NCBI GenBank assembly: GCA_043228905.1
Contig: JBHGNT010000014.1
Location: 12,152,001 to 12,216,000, forward strand
Reading direction: 5' to 3'
Source of the DNA: Azolla caroliniana
Taxonomy: Eukaryota; Plantae; Polypodiophyta
DNA length: 64,000 nt
Numbering within the stretch: the first letter of the stretch is position 1; the number at the start of each line of letters is the position of its first letter. Below the pieces are notes generated by a model. That model ran no database searches and was not told the DNA's origin. It saw nothing but the letters and a program-made list of their open reading frames with translations. The position numbers were made by a program, and so were the translations under genes. Positions 1-12,070 of this stretch are shown here, one piece after another.

Positions 1-78
1 GACACGTCCTGGTGGGATGTTTGTTTTAGTGATAAAAAAGGAATTATTGACAATTGTGTATCTAGTGATAATTGGACT

Positions 79-759
79 TTGGAAATGCCATTCACATGGT
101 CACTACAACATGATCGTGTAAATAAAACTCCGAAGCAACAAACTAATGCGATTAATGACAGTTTGGTCCATCCACAACAAAGAGACATTTATGTGGGACC
201 AAGGATGACCAAAGCAGCTAAAGTTAGATGGCAAGGCAATTTGCAAGAGCTCGCAGTGGGGATGTTGATTGCAACACCTGCTGATGACAACTCACAAGGC
301 CACCAATTTTGGATTGGTAAAATTCTAGAAGTGTTAATGCATGAAATAGAAAACACGATCAACTCTATAAAAGTGCATTGGTACAACACTAGAAGTGAAA
401 ATGCTTTTACAGGTAAGCATACATTGGAGATGATTGAATGCCCGACGACAAGGGGAAGTAGGAAGAGGAAGCGAAACATTCGTAACACCTCGAACCTTGA
501 TATCTCTGATGTGGATATCATCGTGTATGACTTCACGCTTACAAAAGTTGGATGTTTAAGAAAGTCAACAATAGATATAATAAAAGAAAAATTACCAGCT
601 CTACAAGGTGGCTCGAGTCAAATGCAAACGAGATCTACTAGACATAATCTAGAGTCACACCATTTAGTTTATGAGGAAGATAATGCATTGATTGGTACAT
701 CCGAGGATGACGAGGAAGAATCCTCATTGTATATTAGTTATAGTAGTGATTCTCCATAA
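79..759 (+). pseudogene. C-terminal part of a probable DNA-transposon-associated protein (FWIGKI...VHWY motif, acidic tail); frame probably begins upstream of the window
   Basis: 226-codon open frame in AT-rich DNA with a BAH-like FWIGKI..KVHWY motif; no introns seen; family not securely recognised. Confidence 0.35.
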
Positions 760-1569
760 AGGAGTGATCATGAATGTATTTTTGGCTATTAAATGTAACT
801 ACCTTCCACTTGTAACAAATCGAGTAATATAAAAGCATGTGTTTTGAATTCTTTCAATTCCTATGAATATCATTTCTTATAAAAAGAAGTTTGGTTGTAA
901 AGTTTGTGATATAAATTGAGAATGTAACTTTTTGAAATTTCACTTTTTAAATTTATTTTTAAATCATGAAAATGGTGGATTTTTAACCTTTTTCATAGTA
1001 TATTTGAGAATGTATGATACTAGTATCAATGTGTTTGTATTATCATTGACAAAGTACTAAAATCAAACGGAATATTCCTTATCCTTCCATTTATGCGCAA
1101 TCCTTCCACATGTGAATGCGAACATGTTGGACTAGCTACCATCTTCCTGATGACATCTTGAGACATTGTCAAGATTCTATTGGTGAGGTCAAGCTCCCTT
1201 ATTACAACAAGCAATGATCAACTAAGACTCTATTGGTGAGGCTAAGCTCCCTTCTTACAACAATCAAGGGTCATTTGTATGCACAACAAAGTAAAATCCA
1301 AACAACAAAAGACCTTTCACTTTGTATTGAAATGCAAATAAAGAAACACTTAGGTTGTCAATTTCAAGAGTATGAAGTGACGTGTGTGTTTGTGCGTGGT
1401 TTACATATAAAACATCACATAGATAACCTCCCCACATTCCTTTGTTTTCACATTTAGGCAACATAAAACATACACTAGATGATGCAAGCTTATAGAACAC
1501 ATGGTAGATAAATTTCTTCAATGTAAATAGAGGGGGAAGCATTTTGTGAAAGAAATAATTGAAGCTTGA

Positions 1570-2900
1570 TCATGATACTTCGCAATGAAATGAAGTACCA
1601 CAATCGGTGTATGGGTACAGAACCGATTGATGAAGAACCACGACCATGTTTTTCAACGCATTCGCGTTGGTCTCTGCTAGTTGTTGGGACACATGGTTGG
1701 CTTGCCACATGGTGAGGAAAGCGCGCACATGCGCCTCGACATCTACTTCATCATTGTTGCGGGGATACAGGTATGGCATTGTGTTAGAGTTTGGGATGTC
1801 GGATGTATCTTCGATAGGGTTGATAACACGGTCAGTAGTTTGTGGGGTGTGGGCGTCACTATAGTCGACCTCCGAACTACTGTCGTTGGTTGCTCCGGTC
1901 TCGTGTTGTGCCTTGGAGAGGACTTCCGACACTGGGTGAACTTGTTCGGTGTGCGTTGATTCAACCACACTTTCTTCGTGATCGATTTGGGGAATGTCTC
2001 TAAGTAGTGATTGTTCCGTGAGTGCAACTTTAGCCACGCATTGGGACTCTGCCCGAGTGTGAGATTCGCCTCGTCGTGTTGTCTCTTTGCTGCCTCATCG
2101 GCTAGACGACATTCATTCCCCGGTTGCTCTCAATGTATGCACAGATCAACCAGGCGTGCCAAAAGTGTTACCGTCTTAAGGTAACACGGTGCTAGATACT
2201 CGTACCTTGGGTATTCGATTCAAGGTCTTATGGTCCAGGAGTGTAGTAGTGTCACATCGCTCCGTGAGATCTGATTGTAACAACACACGGATGAATCGAG
2301 TTGTCGTGACTATGGAGACTGAAACCGAGCCAATTGGTTACGTATATGCTATACAAAATGCATAAGAAAAACTCAACACAAATAAACCTCGACACAGAAC
2401 AAAAGAGACATAATATCAGCAAATAGATTTCTATTATAAAAAACAACTTGATACAAGACTATTTGATTCTCTTTTTACAGGCTTTCCATGTCTCTTTTCA
2501 TAGGGCTCATGGGCGGTTACAAATAGAGCGTGAACCGATACTACTAATAATAACTATTCACCATTTTTAATTTCTGGCTTCTTTATTGCTCGCTCGGCCC
2601 CACCCGCTTTTTGTTCAGCCCATAACCGTTTCTCGTCCCTTTCACACTTGGTTGTCCGAACCGGCCAACAACTAGTTAAAGCATGTTCCAATGCTGCATA
2701 TGGATTTTCATGCACCACATCCTTAGGGTTCTCTATTGAAATCTTTTGTTTAGGTCTTCCCGCTTGACGAAAACCTTGAAAATTCAATGAATTTACAACC
2801 CTTCCCAATTAATCAAATTCAAGGTGACGGGGTAATCCCTTATCCCTAAATTTTTGTTGCCAAGGAACTTTTCCAAGGCCCTCCCTAATTCCTGAATTAC
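1570..2900 (-). mobile_element. 5' relic of a non-chromovirus Ty3/Gypsy (Tat-like) element: LTR, tRNA-Arg-type PBS and gag start
   Basis: Minus strand reads ...TAACA(2166) CTTT TGGCACGCCTGG (2150-2161), an Arg-tRNA-type PBS, followed by gag-like DVEAHVRAFLTMWQANH. LTR terminus resembles that at 57467. Far LTR end uncertain. Confidence 0.65.
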
Positions 2901-3084
2901 CTTGCCAAATATTCTCACGAGTAGTGGGAAAACTATTACGTTGCATATTCATTTATTTCCCCTTCGACTTGCCCTTAACTTGATGCCAATCTTTGTCATC
3001 AACATCACTACTAGTTCTATCCAACGGTTTCCCCCCCTTATCTATAACCACTAAACTTTGTTTTTCCATATCCATAGATTGAGG

Positions 3085-3605
3085 ATATATTTGTAAATAG
3101 TCCTAAAGTCATATAAGTATAAATATGACTTAGGGAAATCACTTTGTAGTGGAACAACTTGTTATTATTATCGTTGTACAGAGAGAGAGATACAGAAAGC
3201 CTCTTCTATTGTAACCGTTGGTTGGCGAACCTAGAAAATATGTTTCTAGTGGGCCTGTCATGGCTATATTTGTAAATAGTCCTGAAGTCATATAAGTATA
3301 AATATGACTTAGGGCAATCACTTTGTAGTGTAACAAGTTGTTATTATTATCATTGTACAAAGAGAGAGAGAGAGAGAGAGATGCAGAAAGCATCTTCTGT
3401 TGTAACCATTGGTTGGCGAAGCTAGACCTCGAGGTTGTTGCCTCTAAGTTTCACATTGTTGTACCTCTCATCTATAGTGATCTTGTTTGGAGTCTATGGG
3501 CTCCCGTGGTTTTTTCCCCGATTAGGGTTTTCCATGTAAACATTTGGTGTCATCCCTGTTGTCTGTGTAAGTGCATTGCTTATTTCTGTTTATTTCTTCC
3601 ATCGT
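3085..3605 (+). mobile_element. Copia-type LTR relic with an internal ~180 bp tandem duplication
   Basis: gtaaatagtcct..aagtcatataagtataaatatgacttaggg occurs at ~3092 and ~3272; ctcccgtggtttttt..agggttttcca matches the LTR of the intact Copia at 41529. Confidence 0.7.
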
Positions 3606-5135
3606 GAGTTTGAGACTCGGTCGTGGCCGAGCGCTATTCCACACAAACCGGACTCGGCCAGCAAAAGAGCTTCGAGCTCTCTATACCCACACTCACACCT
3701 ACAATGTTAATAGTGGGCCTTTAGTGGGGAGCACTCAGGCTTCCTACGCGAGCAAAGGACTCCATAGCACCAGACGGATACACGAACACTTCGACCTCCC
3801 AAATCGTGGATCCCTCTCTCTCTCTTCTTTCCCTCCAAGGAGAGAGGGAATTCGTTACATCAGGTTGTTAAGACAACCACTTTCTGTCAAAGATTTCCCT
3901 TGATTCTCTCCACCTAAACCTCTTGTTGTCCTCTATACGAATGGAACATAAAGTTACCCCTTTTCTACTCTAACTAGTAGTTTAAATATTGTACATATAT
4001 TTACATATGTTTGTACATAAGGTCAGATTTGTATGCATCCATGCACACCCCTTGTTAACGCGCATCTTGCTCCGTTTTTCCCAGTAGCTGGAATCCCTCA
4101 CGACAACGGGAACCCAGACCACAAACACCCATTTAGGACTCCCTCACGAATCTACCATGTCCCGAACCAACCACCGATTCCAATGCCTTCCACACCTCAA
4201 CTTACCACGGGGACACTTTTCACGACCTCTAGGGTCACGAAGGTCATAAAATAATTACAACATAGGAAGTCCATGGACCACACAGGATTGCAAGTTGAAC
4301 ACATCATATATGCTTGAGAGTGCCTAGTTCCTTCCCTCACTCTAAGCTTCAACTGCGCCCTTGCCGAGGGTTTTCCACCCCAATGAACCATGAACACAAT
4401 GGCCCCTATACATAAAGTAGGGGACCCAATGGACCCAAATACATATAGGACCATTATGATAGGTCATACACTCGCTAAATTATATGGTGCAGTAATGGAA
4501 GCAGAGATCATCGATTATATGGAAACCTTAAGTCTTCGAGCACCTACGCAACCTAACTTTAGACGAGTCTTCTCCACTATTGACCATATCTTCACACTTA
4601 GATGCTTAATTGTCTAGACGAAGGCTTGCAAGAAGAAACTATATTGTTGCTTTGTGGACTTCCGCAAAGCCTTTGACATAGTTCCTGTCAGGAATAGTAC
4701 TAAAACAGAGATGGAATTAGTACTAAGAACGGCAGTACTATTAGTACTAAGAGGACGGGACTGCGTAAGATTCCCGAGAGAGGAAGTGAGAAGAGGAGAG
4801 AGAGAGAGATAGCGAGAATGAGAGAGAGAGAGAGATGATGACAGCAGCTATATATTATGTGAAAAGATAAGTACAAGCGGCTAAGAGGCTTAAGACTGGC
4901 GTTGAACCAATTTGGTTCAAAACAATGCCTTGTGCCTCCTTTTATAGTGTTTTTAGGAATAATCCTGAAGCTTCTAGAATGTTCCAGAGAGATCTGGAAT
5001 ATACATCAATTTTCTATGATAAAGTATAAATGAAAATAATATCCTACAAAATACAATTCATAATCTAATGGTAAGAGCTCGACCCATGTAGCATAAAGTC
5101 ATGGGTTCGAGTCTTGCCATGACACTATCTCCCCC

Positions 5136-8100
5136 TTAAAGACGACGAGTGGAACGAGTCAGCGCTAATTGCGGACCGGGTTTGTCCGGATACTTTCGGT
5201 GGAAATCAGCAAGAAGATCTTGTGCATTGGCAACATTCTCGACGGGTTCCCAAGTACGTTCGCTTGGACTATAACTGAGCCAATCGACCAAGTAATAAAG
5301 TTTGTTGTGAACAAGTTTGGAATCGAGGATGGTAGCAACTTCATACTTCGGGCCGGCGTCCAACTCCAGCGGGGGCGGCGGTGGTGTCACACGATCGGGA
5401 ATGGTGTTTGCTTTATAAGGTTCAAGAAGCGAACAATGGAAAACCGGATGTATCTGAAGCTGCGGAGGGAGATCCAGGCGGAAGGTGACATCATTAATCT
5501 TCCCCGTAATACGGAAAGGACCGAGTCGTCGATAATCCAACTTGTCGCACGGTCGAGTAGTCTTGATGTGACGACGTAAGAGCCATACTCGATCTCCGAT
5601 GGCAAAAGAGGAGGGAATCCGATGACGATCCGCATAAGTCTTCTGTGTGTGTTGAGCATGACGAAGGTGAGTAGAGAGATCCATCTGGATCTTGCGTAGC
5701 CTCTCCAAATGGTCCTCGGCACGAGGGTTGGTAGGTAGCTCCGGAGTGTCGATCACCGACCAGCGAGGATGGAAACCGGTATAAGCGAGAAATGGGGAGA
5801 CCCGAGTCGAGGAGTGAATAGCATTATTATACGCAAACTCCGCAAAGTGGAGAATCTCGGCCCAATCGTCCTGTTGATAACTCAGGAAACACCGGAGATA
5901 TTGCTCCAACGTTTGGTTTGTTCGTTCCGCCTGTCCATCAGTTTGAGGATGGTAGCCGGAGGAGAGGTTGCAGGAGACCTTGAGCATCCTGAAGAGATGC
6001 TGCCAAAATTTGGAGACAAATTGCGGGCCTCGGTCACTGATAATACTGTCTGGTAGGCCATGATGCCGAAATACCTCACGCATAACAAGAGCGGCGGTTT
6101 CCTCGCTAGTGATGGCTTTAGTACATGGCACAAAATGTGCCATCTTCGTATATCGATCGACGACGGTTAGGATAGCATCGAACCCCTTCGAGACCGGCAG
6201 ATCTCTAATAAAATCAAGACAAATAGACTGCCATGGCTTACTTGGAATTGGTAAAGGTTCCAACAAGCCATATGGATGGTGTCGTGGCATCTTTGCTCGG
6301 CAGCAAGCATCACAGGTCCGAACGTAGTCGTCGACAAAACGGCGCATGTGGGGCCACCAAAAAGATCGCTGCACTAACTCTAACGTCTTGGTACTACCGA
6401 AATGTCCCGCCGTATGGGTGTCGTGACAATGTTGGACGATTTGAAGGCGACAGGAGCAATCGGGGACATATACGCGCTTTTTAAAGAATAACAAACCATC
6501 ATGATATTCGAATTGTCGGTAGTCAATACCTGGTTGTTGAGACTGAGAACAGGATGCCCGAGAAGTATCAATGTGCGCCAGGATGTCTTGAGCAAAACTA
6601 TCCGTCTTCAAGGTTGCACGTATGTCATCGGTAATCCGTGAATCCATCGGGGTGTGAAAAATCCGCGTCGTGTGCAATCGTGTTGGTCCCAAGATTACTT
6701 GCTTTTGATTATCAAATGTTGCGTCACCAGGACGAGGTGCAAGATATGAACGCCGTGATAGTGCATCTGCTTTTCCTTGCTGCTTCCCCGGTCGATATGT
6801 GATTTCGAAGTTGAAACGCGTGAGGAATTGCGCCCACCGAGCTTGCCGTCGATTTAGTACGCGAGCGTTCTGAAAATAAGCAAGATTTTTATGATCGCTA
6901 AAGACAATGACCTGATGTGGAGAGCCCTCTAAGAAATGCCGCCATTGTACAAATGAATCCACGATGGCTAATAACTCCTTGTCATGTATTTCGTAGTTGA
7001 TTTCTGCGACATTGAATTTGCGCGAATGGAAAGCCACCGGATGCAACTCTTCTTTATCGCCTTGTTGAGAAAGGATGCTACCGAGGGCGAAATCTGATGC
7101 GTCGGCCTCCATGATGAATGGTTTGCTTGTATCCACATGAGCTAGAATCGGTTCTGATGTAAAGGCTTTCTTAAGATGCCGAAAAGCCATATCTGCTTCG
7201 ATGGACCAAAGAAATGCTTGGCCCTTCTTCGTAAGTTGTGTGAGAGGTAAAATAATCTTCGAGTAATCCTGTATAAACTTACGGTAGAAGTTAGCAAAGC
7301 CTAGAAAACATTGTACATCTCGTACCGACCGTGGAATTTGCCACTCTAGTACAGTTTGGATTTTAGCTGGATCCATGGCGATGCCCTTTGAGGAGATGAC
7401 GTAGCCTAGAAATTCCACTTGCTTGCAGTCAAAGCTACATTTCTCTAGCTTGGCATAAAGACCATTCTCGCGGAGTCGTTTTAGTACTAATAGTACATGA
7501 GAATCGTGCTCTTCTTGGGTCTTCGAATAAATCAACAGATCATCCAGATAAATGATCAAACAGATATCCAAGAGGTCTCTGAATATATCATTTGCCATGT
7601 GTTGGAAGACTGCGGGTGCATTGGTTAGGCCAAACGGCATAACAGTATACTCGAAATGCCCATACCGCGTGCGAAAAGCGGTCTTCCACTCATCTCCCGG
7701 TCGGATCTGCACGAGATTATACGCTCCTCGTAGGTCGATTTTAGTAAAAAACTTGGCACCATTAACTCGCTCTAAAAGACTTGATATAAGAGGAAGTGCA
7801 TACCTATTCCGGATGGTGACTTTATTCAATCCGCGGTAATCAACGACAAGACGAAGTGAGCCATCTTTCTTCTTGACAAAGAAGATGGGTGCACCGGCCG
7901 GAGATTTCGAATGACGGATGAACCCGCTTGCCAAGTTCTCCTCTATGTAGGCTCGAAGGACTTCTAACTTGGTGGGTGACAAGTTGTAAATTGGTCCCCA
8001 TGGTGGCTCGGTTCCTGGTTGTAAATCGATGGGATAGTCATAGGGACGGTGATGAGGAAGGGTACCGGCTTTTACCTTGTCAAATACATCGGTATAAGGA

Positions 8101-8708
8101 TGATATTTTGCCGGAAGTTGTATTGAGGAGTCCTTCTTAATAGTGCTAGAAGGATGTACTGATATGGCAAATAGGAACATTGCCTCCTTGGGTCCTTCTT
8201 CGCGTAGTTGATGGAGTGAAATGGTCGAAACTCGGTGAGTTGATTCTTGGGGTGGTCAATATCGGACTTCTCTTGTTCTCCAATCTATGGCTGGATTATG
8301 TAATTCAAGCCAAGGTAATCCTAGGACAATGGGATGCTCTGAACTACTAATTATATTAAATGATATTATACACACAAAACTACCTAGGACAACTTGAATG
8401 GGTTCTGATTCTTCTACAATATTCCTGGAAGCAATGGGACGACCATCAATGACCACTACAGATGCGGGACAAGGAAGTTTTCTTAAGGATATCTGAGAAG
8501 CTTGGGCAAAATTTCGATCCATGAAACAGGAATTAGCTCCGGAATCTAAAAGTGCTAGGACGGGTACTGGGGGAGTACTTTTAGTACTAACAATGACTTG
8601 GGCTAGGAACACATTGCTAACTTGCTTGGAAGGAATGGAACCACTAATGGGCTGTACAGATCTAGGGCTGCTATCCAACCAAATGGCTCCTATTTTGGCT
8701 GGACTCAA
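5136..8708 (-). CDS. pol: Pol (protease, RT, RNase H, integrase, chromodomain), interrupted by one in-frame TGA at 8256-8258
   Basis: LLDSGA protease; YLDDLLIYS RT; EADASDFALG RNase H; HHCC and DDE integrase; GPF motif; chromodomain YEV..ILD..YLVDWLSY..TWEP. ORFs 8256-8708 and 5136-8180 are in the same frame. Confidence 0.95.
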
Positions 8709-8717
8709 TCGTTTAAC
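8638..8717 (-). promoter_or_regulatory. -1 ribosomal frameshift signal (G UUA AAC, 6-nt spacer, H-type pseudoknot)
   Basis: GAG TTA AAC GAT TGA at the gag end, with pol in the -1 frame; stems GTCCAGCCAAA/TTTGGTTGGAT and GGAGCCA/TGGTTCC; conserved at ~52320-52397. Confidence 0.8.
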
Positions 8718-9862
8718 TCTTCATCTAATTGACTAAGGATTTCAAATTTATTTGAGATACTTGGGCTATTAGTACTATGAATACTATCTGACACTCTATT
8801 AGTGCTATTAATACTATCAGACACTCCGAAGGGAAGAATTGACTCGGGTTTAGTATAGGCGACGATTTGATTTACCTGTCTTCTTGGCCTATGGGGACAA
8901 TTGATGGCGATATGTCCTGGTCCACCGCAATAAAGACATAATCGATTGGCACGTCGTCGTTGCTTTTCTTCTTCCGATAACAGGCCGCGTCGACGCATGG
9001 TATCGATCTCCATCGGTGTCGAAGTATTTGCTTGAGGTATGTCTCGTGCAAACGGTTTAGCCGCGACTGCGGCGTAAGTGGGCTCTGGCCTAGAGCGTGG
9101 TATCTGTAATTGACGTTCTGAACGCCGTTCAAAAAGGCGGTTGTCACATCGAACTGCTCGACTGATTGCCTCCGTAAGAGACTTTGGTTCTTCGGGGAAA
9201 GTTAGAAGTAGATCTTTGACATCGTTTCGCAAGCCATAGCGAAACTGCTCCATTAGTGCTTGATCATCCCAGGGTATATCTGAAGCAAGTAGGCGGAAAT
9301 CCGCCGCGTAGGCAGAGGCTGGACGATCGCCTTGACGCAATCGCCGGATCTTGTTGATCGCCATCCTGATGTTGTCGGTGTCTCCAAAGCAGGCTTTAAA
9401 CTCACCAATAAAATCTTCAAAGTTATTAAGTAAGGGTGATTGTTTTTCTAGAAGCGGAGCAAACCATGTCAAGGCTGAGCCGCTAAGTAGTGTGCCTATT
9501 AGGCCGACTCGAGATGCATCAGTGGGATATCGGGAAGGATGCATCTGGATGACTAAGCGTACCTGATTAAGGAATCCCCGGAATTGCGAACGCGTTCCAT
9601 CAAATTTCACAGGAAGTCCAATCTTGGGCTCTTTATGAAATCCTTGGGGACTGGATCCTTGTTGTTGCAACGCTGCTTCGAGTTGTTGTACCCGTAACGC
9701 TAACTCCCCATGTTGTTGTTGCGTTTGTTGTTTTTCTAGAGCGATTTGTTGCAAATCCCCTATCAGCCGTTGGTTTTCTTGTTCCAGGGCAACAAACTTT
9801 TCTTTTAGGCACTGTAGCTCGGAGAAAACGGATTGGTATTCTTGGGCACTAACAGTAGCCAT
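8705..9862 (-). CDS. gag: Gag (coiled coil, retrotransposon capsid, CX2CX4HX4C zinc knuckle)
   Basis: 385-aa ATG ORF; FDGTRSQFRGFL, LRQGDRPASAYAADF, PMEID, CLYCGGPGHIAINC. Confidence 0.95.
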   Translation of the reverse strand: MATVSAQEYQSVFSELQCLKEKFVALEQENQRLIGDLQQIALEKQQTQQQHGELALRVQQLEAALQQQGSSPQGFHKEPKIGLPVKFDGTRSQFRGFLNQVRLVIQMHPSRYPTDASRVGLIGTLLSGSALTWFAPLLEKQSPLLNNFEDFIGEFKACFGDTDNIRMAINKIRRLRQGDRPASAYAADFRLLASDIPWDDQALMEQFRYGLRNDVKDLLLTFPEEPKSLTEAISRAVRCDNRLFERRSERQLQIPRSRPEPTYAAVAAKPFARDIPQANTSTPMEIDTMRRRGLLSEEEKQRRRANRLCLYCGGPGHIAINCPHRPRRQVNQIVAYTKPESILPFGVSDSINSTNRVSDSIHSTNSPSISNKFEILSQLDEELND

Positions 9863-9917
9863 AGTATAGGGAAAAGGGTAGGAGGATGAGGGAGAGTGAC
9901 AAGTAGGCTAGAGGGAG

Positions 9918-9931
9918 AAATTGGTTCAAAC
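9918..9931 (-). promoter_or_regulatory. Self-priming primer-binding site
   Basis: GTTTGAACCAATTT follows the 5' LTR, lacks TGG, and is complementary to AAATTGGTTCAA located 33 nt after the LTR TATA. Confidence 0.85.
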
Positions 9932-11739
9932 TGTCAGGAATAGTACTAAAACAGAGATGGAATTAGTACTAAGAACGGCAGTACTATTAGTACTAAGAGG
10001 ACGGGACTGCGTAAGATTCTCGAGAGAGGAAGTGAGAAGAGGAGAGAGAGAGAGATAGTGAGAATGAGAGAGAGAGAGAGAGAGAGATGATGACAGCAGC
10101 TATATATTATGTGAAAAGATAAGTACAAGCGGCTAAGAGACTTAAGACTGGCGTTGAACCAATTTGGTTCAAAACAATGCCTTGTGCCTCCTTTTATAGT
10201 GTTTTTAGGAATAATCCTGAAGCTTCTAGAATGTTCTAGAGAGATCTGGAATATACATCAATTTTCTATGATAAAGTATAAATGAAAATAATATCCTACA
10301 AAATACAATTCATAATCTAATGGTAAGAGCTCGACCCATGTAGCATAAAGTCATGGGTTCGAGTCTTGCCATGACAATTCCTAGGGAGTGGTGGTTTGAT
10401 AGGCTTAAAAACTTGGAGATACCAAATGACATGATCTAGGCCATCTAGGCTCTATATGAGCAAGTCTTTGGGTTCGTAAGATGCCCATGTGGCCTATCTC
10501 ATTGCTTCACCAGCACCTTTGGTGTAAAACAAGGTTGCCCCCTATCATTGACTCTTTTTGGAATCTACATTGATGAGATCACTCATTTTATTGCTCGTAA
10601 GGGAGGCAATGAAGTAGCCATTGGGGGTACACAAGTTAGTCTCTTACTCTACGCAGATGACATAGTTTTGCTCTCGGAGTATGAAGTTTGAACACAACAT
10701 ACAAAAGCACCTTAATGCCCTAGATGATTTTTGCACACAACGAGGACTAGTAGTGAATCTAGCAAAACTAAAGTCCTTATCTTTCATACATCGTCTCAAG
10801 TTAGGAGTAAATGTCACCTAATCCTCTCTCATAAACCAGTTGAGGTAGTTAGATCATATGTATATCTGGGAGTCACTTTTAGCTCGTTTAGGTAAATTCT
10901 CGATGTCCCAAGCAGCCAAAGATAGGCTAACGAGAGGGTATGCATCCCTCTCACTCTTAGAGAGACAATGCCACTAGGCATACTTTCAAGCGCCATAGAC
11001 TAAGGGATGGATCTTCAACTTATTAATGAACCCTTCCCTCATGTATGCATCAGTAGTATGGGCTCCAGGTCTACCATCTTTCGTGTGGGTGCAATTAGAG
11101 AGACCTTTGGTGACGATGTTATCACTTCAACTCTGAAGCAAATCGACAATACCACATGACATTATTAGCATAGAGTTCAATTTGCCCCTGATGTTAGTAG
11201 AATCTCTTTTCCAACTTGTAGTTTTTATTCATAGGATACATAGCCAACCACAAGATAGGATACCCCGTCCAGCTTTTGACACATCCTGATCCCTATATGC
11301 GTCCGGAGATACTAGCTCTTGATATAACGCTGTAGTGAGTTGGTTACTTGCAAATGGCATAGACATTAAGAATCTTGAATGAACTTAGGCTTGTTTTATA
11401 TCAAAAGGAATAATGGCAACATGTTTTATCTAGAATTTTGCCCTTCGAGTAGTAAAAAAAGGATAAGAAGTGAAATCTGAAAACAAGGTTTGGAACATGA
11501 TCTTGTAATCACTAATATGCTAAACGATATGTATGCAGAATTCCATTTCTTCTTATGAGATGGATGGAGTCATTGAAACAGGAGGGGGGAGGATGCTCTT
11601 ACATATGCATTCAGAATAATTCCATTTCTTATGTGATGGATGGATTCATTGCTCTTGAAATATTGCATTCAAGTTGTGATTTTCATGGTCGAGCACATCT
11701 GATTTAAAAGAAAGGAAAAGAAATCCATATTGCCATCGC

Positions 11740-12070
11740 TCAACTAGGTATCAACTTGGATATGCTCATTAGAAGCACTGTTGATATGTATGCAGCACGT
11801 GGAAGTTTATCATATACATATAAACTGTTCGATGGGTTGAGATCCCTCAATGTGGGTGTCGATCACATGGCTTTACATGAAGGCATGTCCATACATGCTG
11901 AAATCATGGATTGAGGCATACAAAATGACCTCTATACCACAATTCTTTGCTTGAGTTTTACGTTGAATATGGGAAATAGATGATGCTTGGTCATTGTAAA
12001 TGTGGTGGTATGCATGTAAAGTTTGTCAAGGATTAGATGACCCAAAGGTGGTATCTGGATATGTTGAATA
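11740..12070 (+). pseudogene. Pentatricopeptide-repeat (PLS-class) gene fragment inside the LINE
   Basis: Manual translation gives STVDMYAARGSLSYTYKLFDGL, GMSIHAEIMD*GIQND and NSLLEFYVEYG..IDDAW, typical PLS PPR motifs, with stops and frameshifts. Confidence 0.7.

Larger units (their letters stand above)
4686..10376 (-). mobile_element. Near-intact Ty3/Gypsy chromovirus (Tcn1/Tf1-sushi-like)
   Basis: LTRs 4686-5124 and 9932-10376 (TGTCA..TGACA; about 4 substitutions plus a GA-repeat indel); TSD GTTCC/ATTCC; PPT 5125-5137; gag-PR-RT-RH-INT-chromodomain order. Confidence 0.97.

Noticed and set aside
1165-1265. Two ~54-bp direct repeats
   Set aside because: Simple local duplication with no associated structure.
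3606-4260. Possible additional LTR fragment
   Set aside because: LTR-like composition, but no termini, TSD or partner copy could be established.
5054-5124. Functional tRNA gene
   Set aside because: Boxes are present, but acceptor and anticodon stems do not pair; kept only as a promoter-like module.
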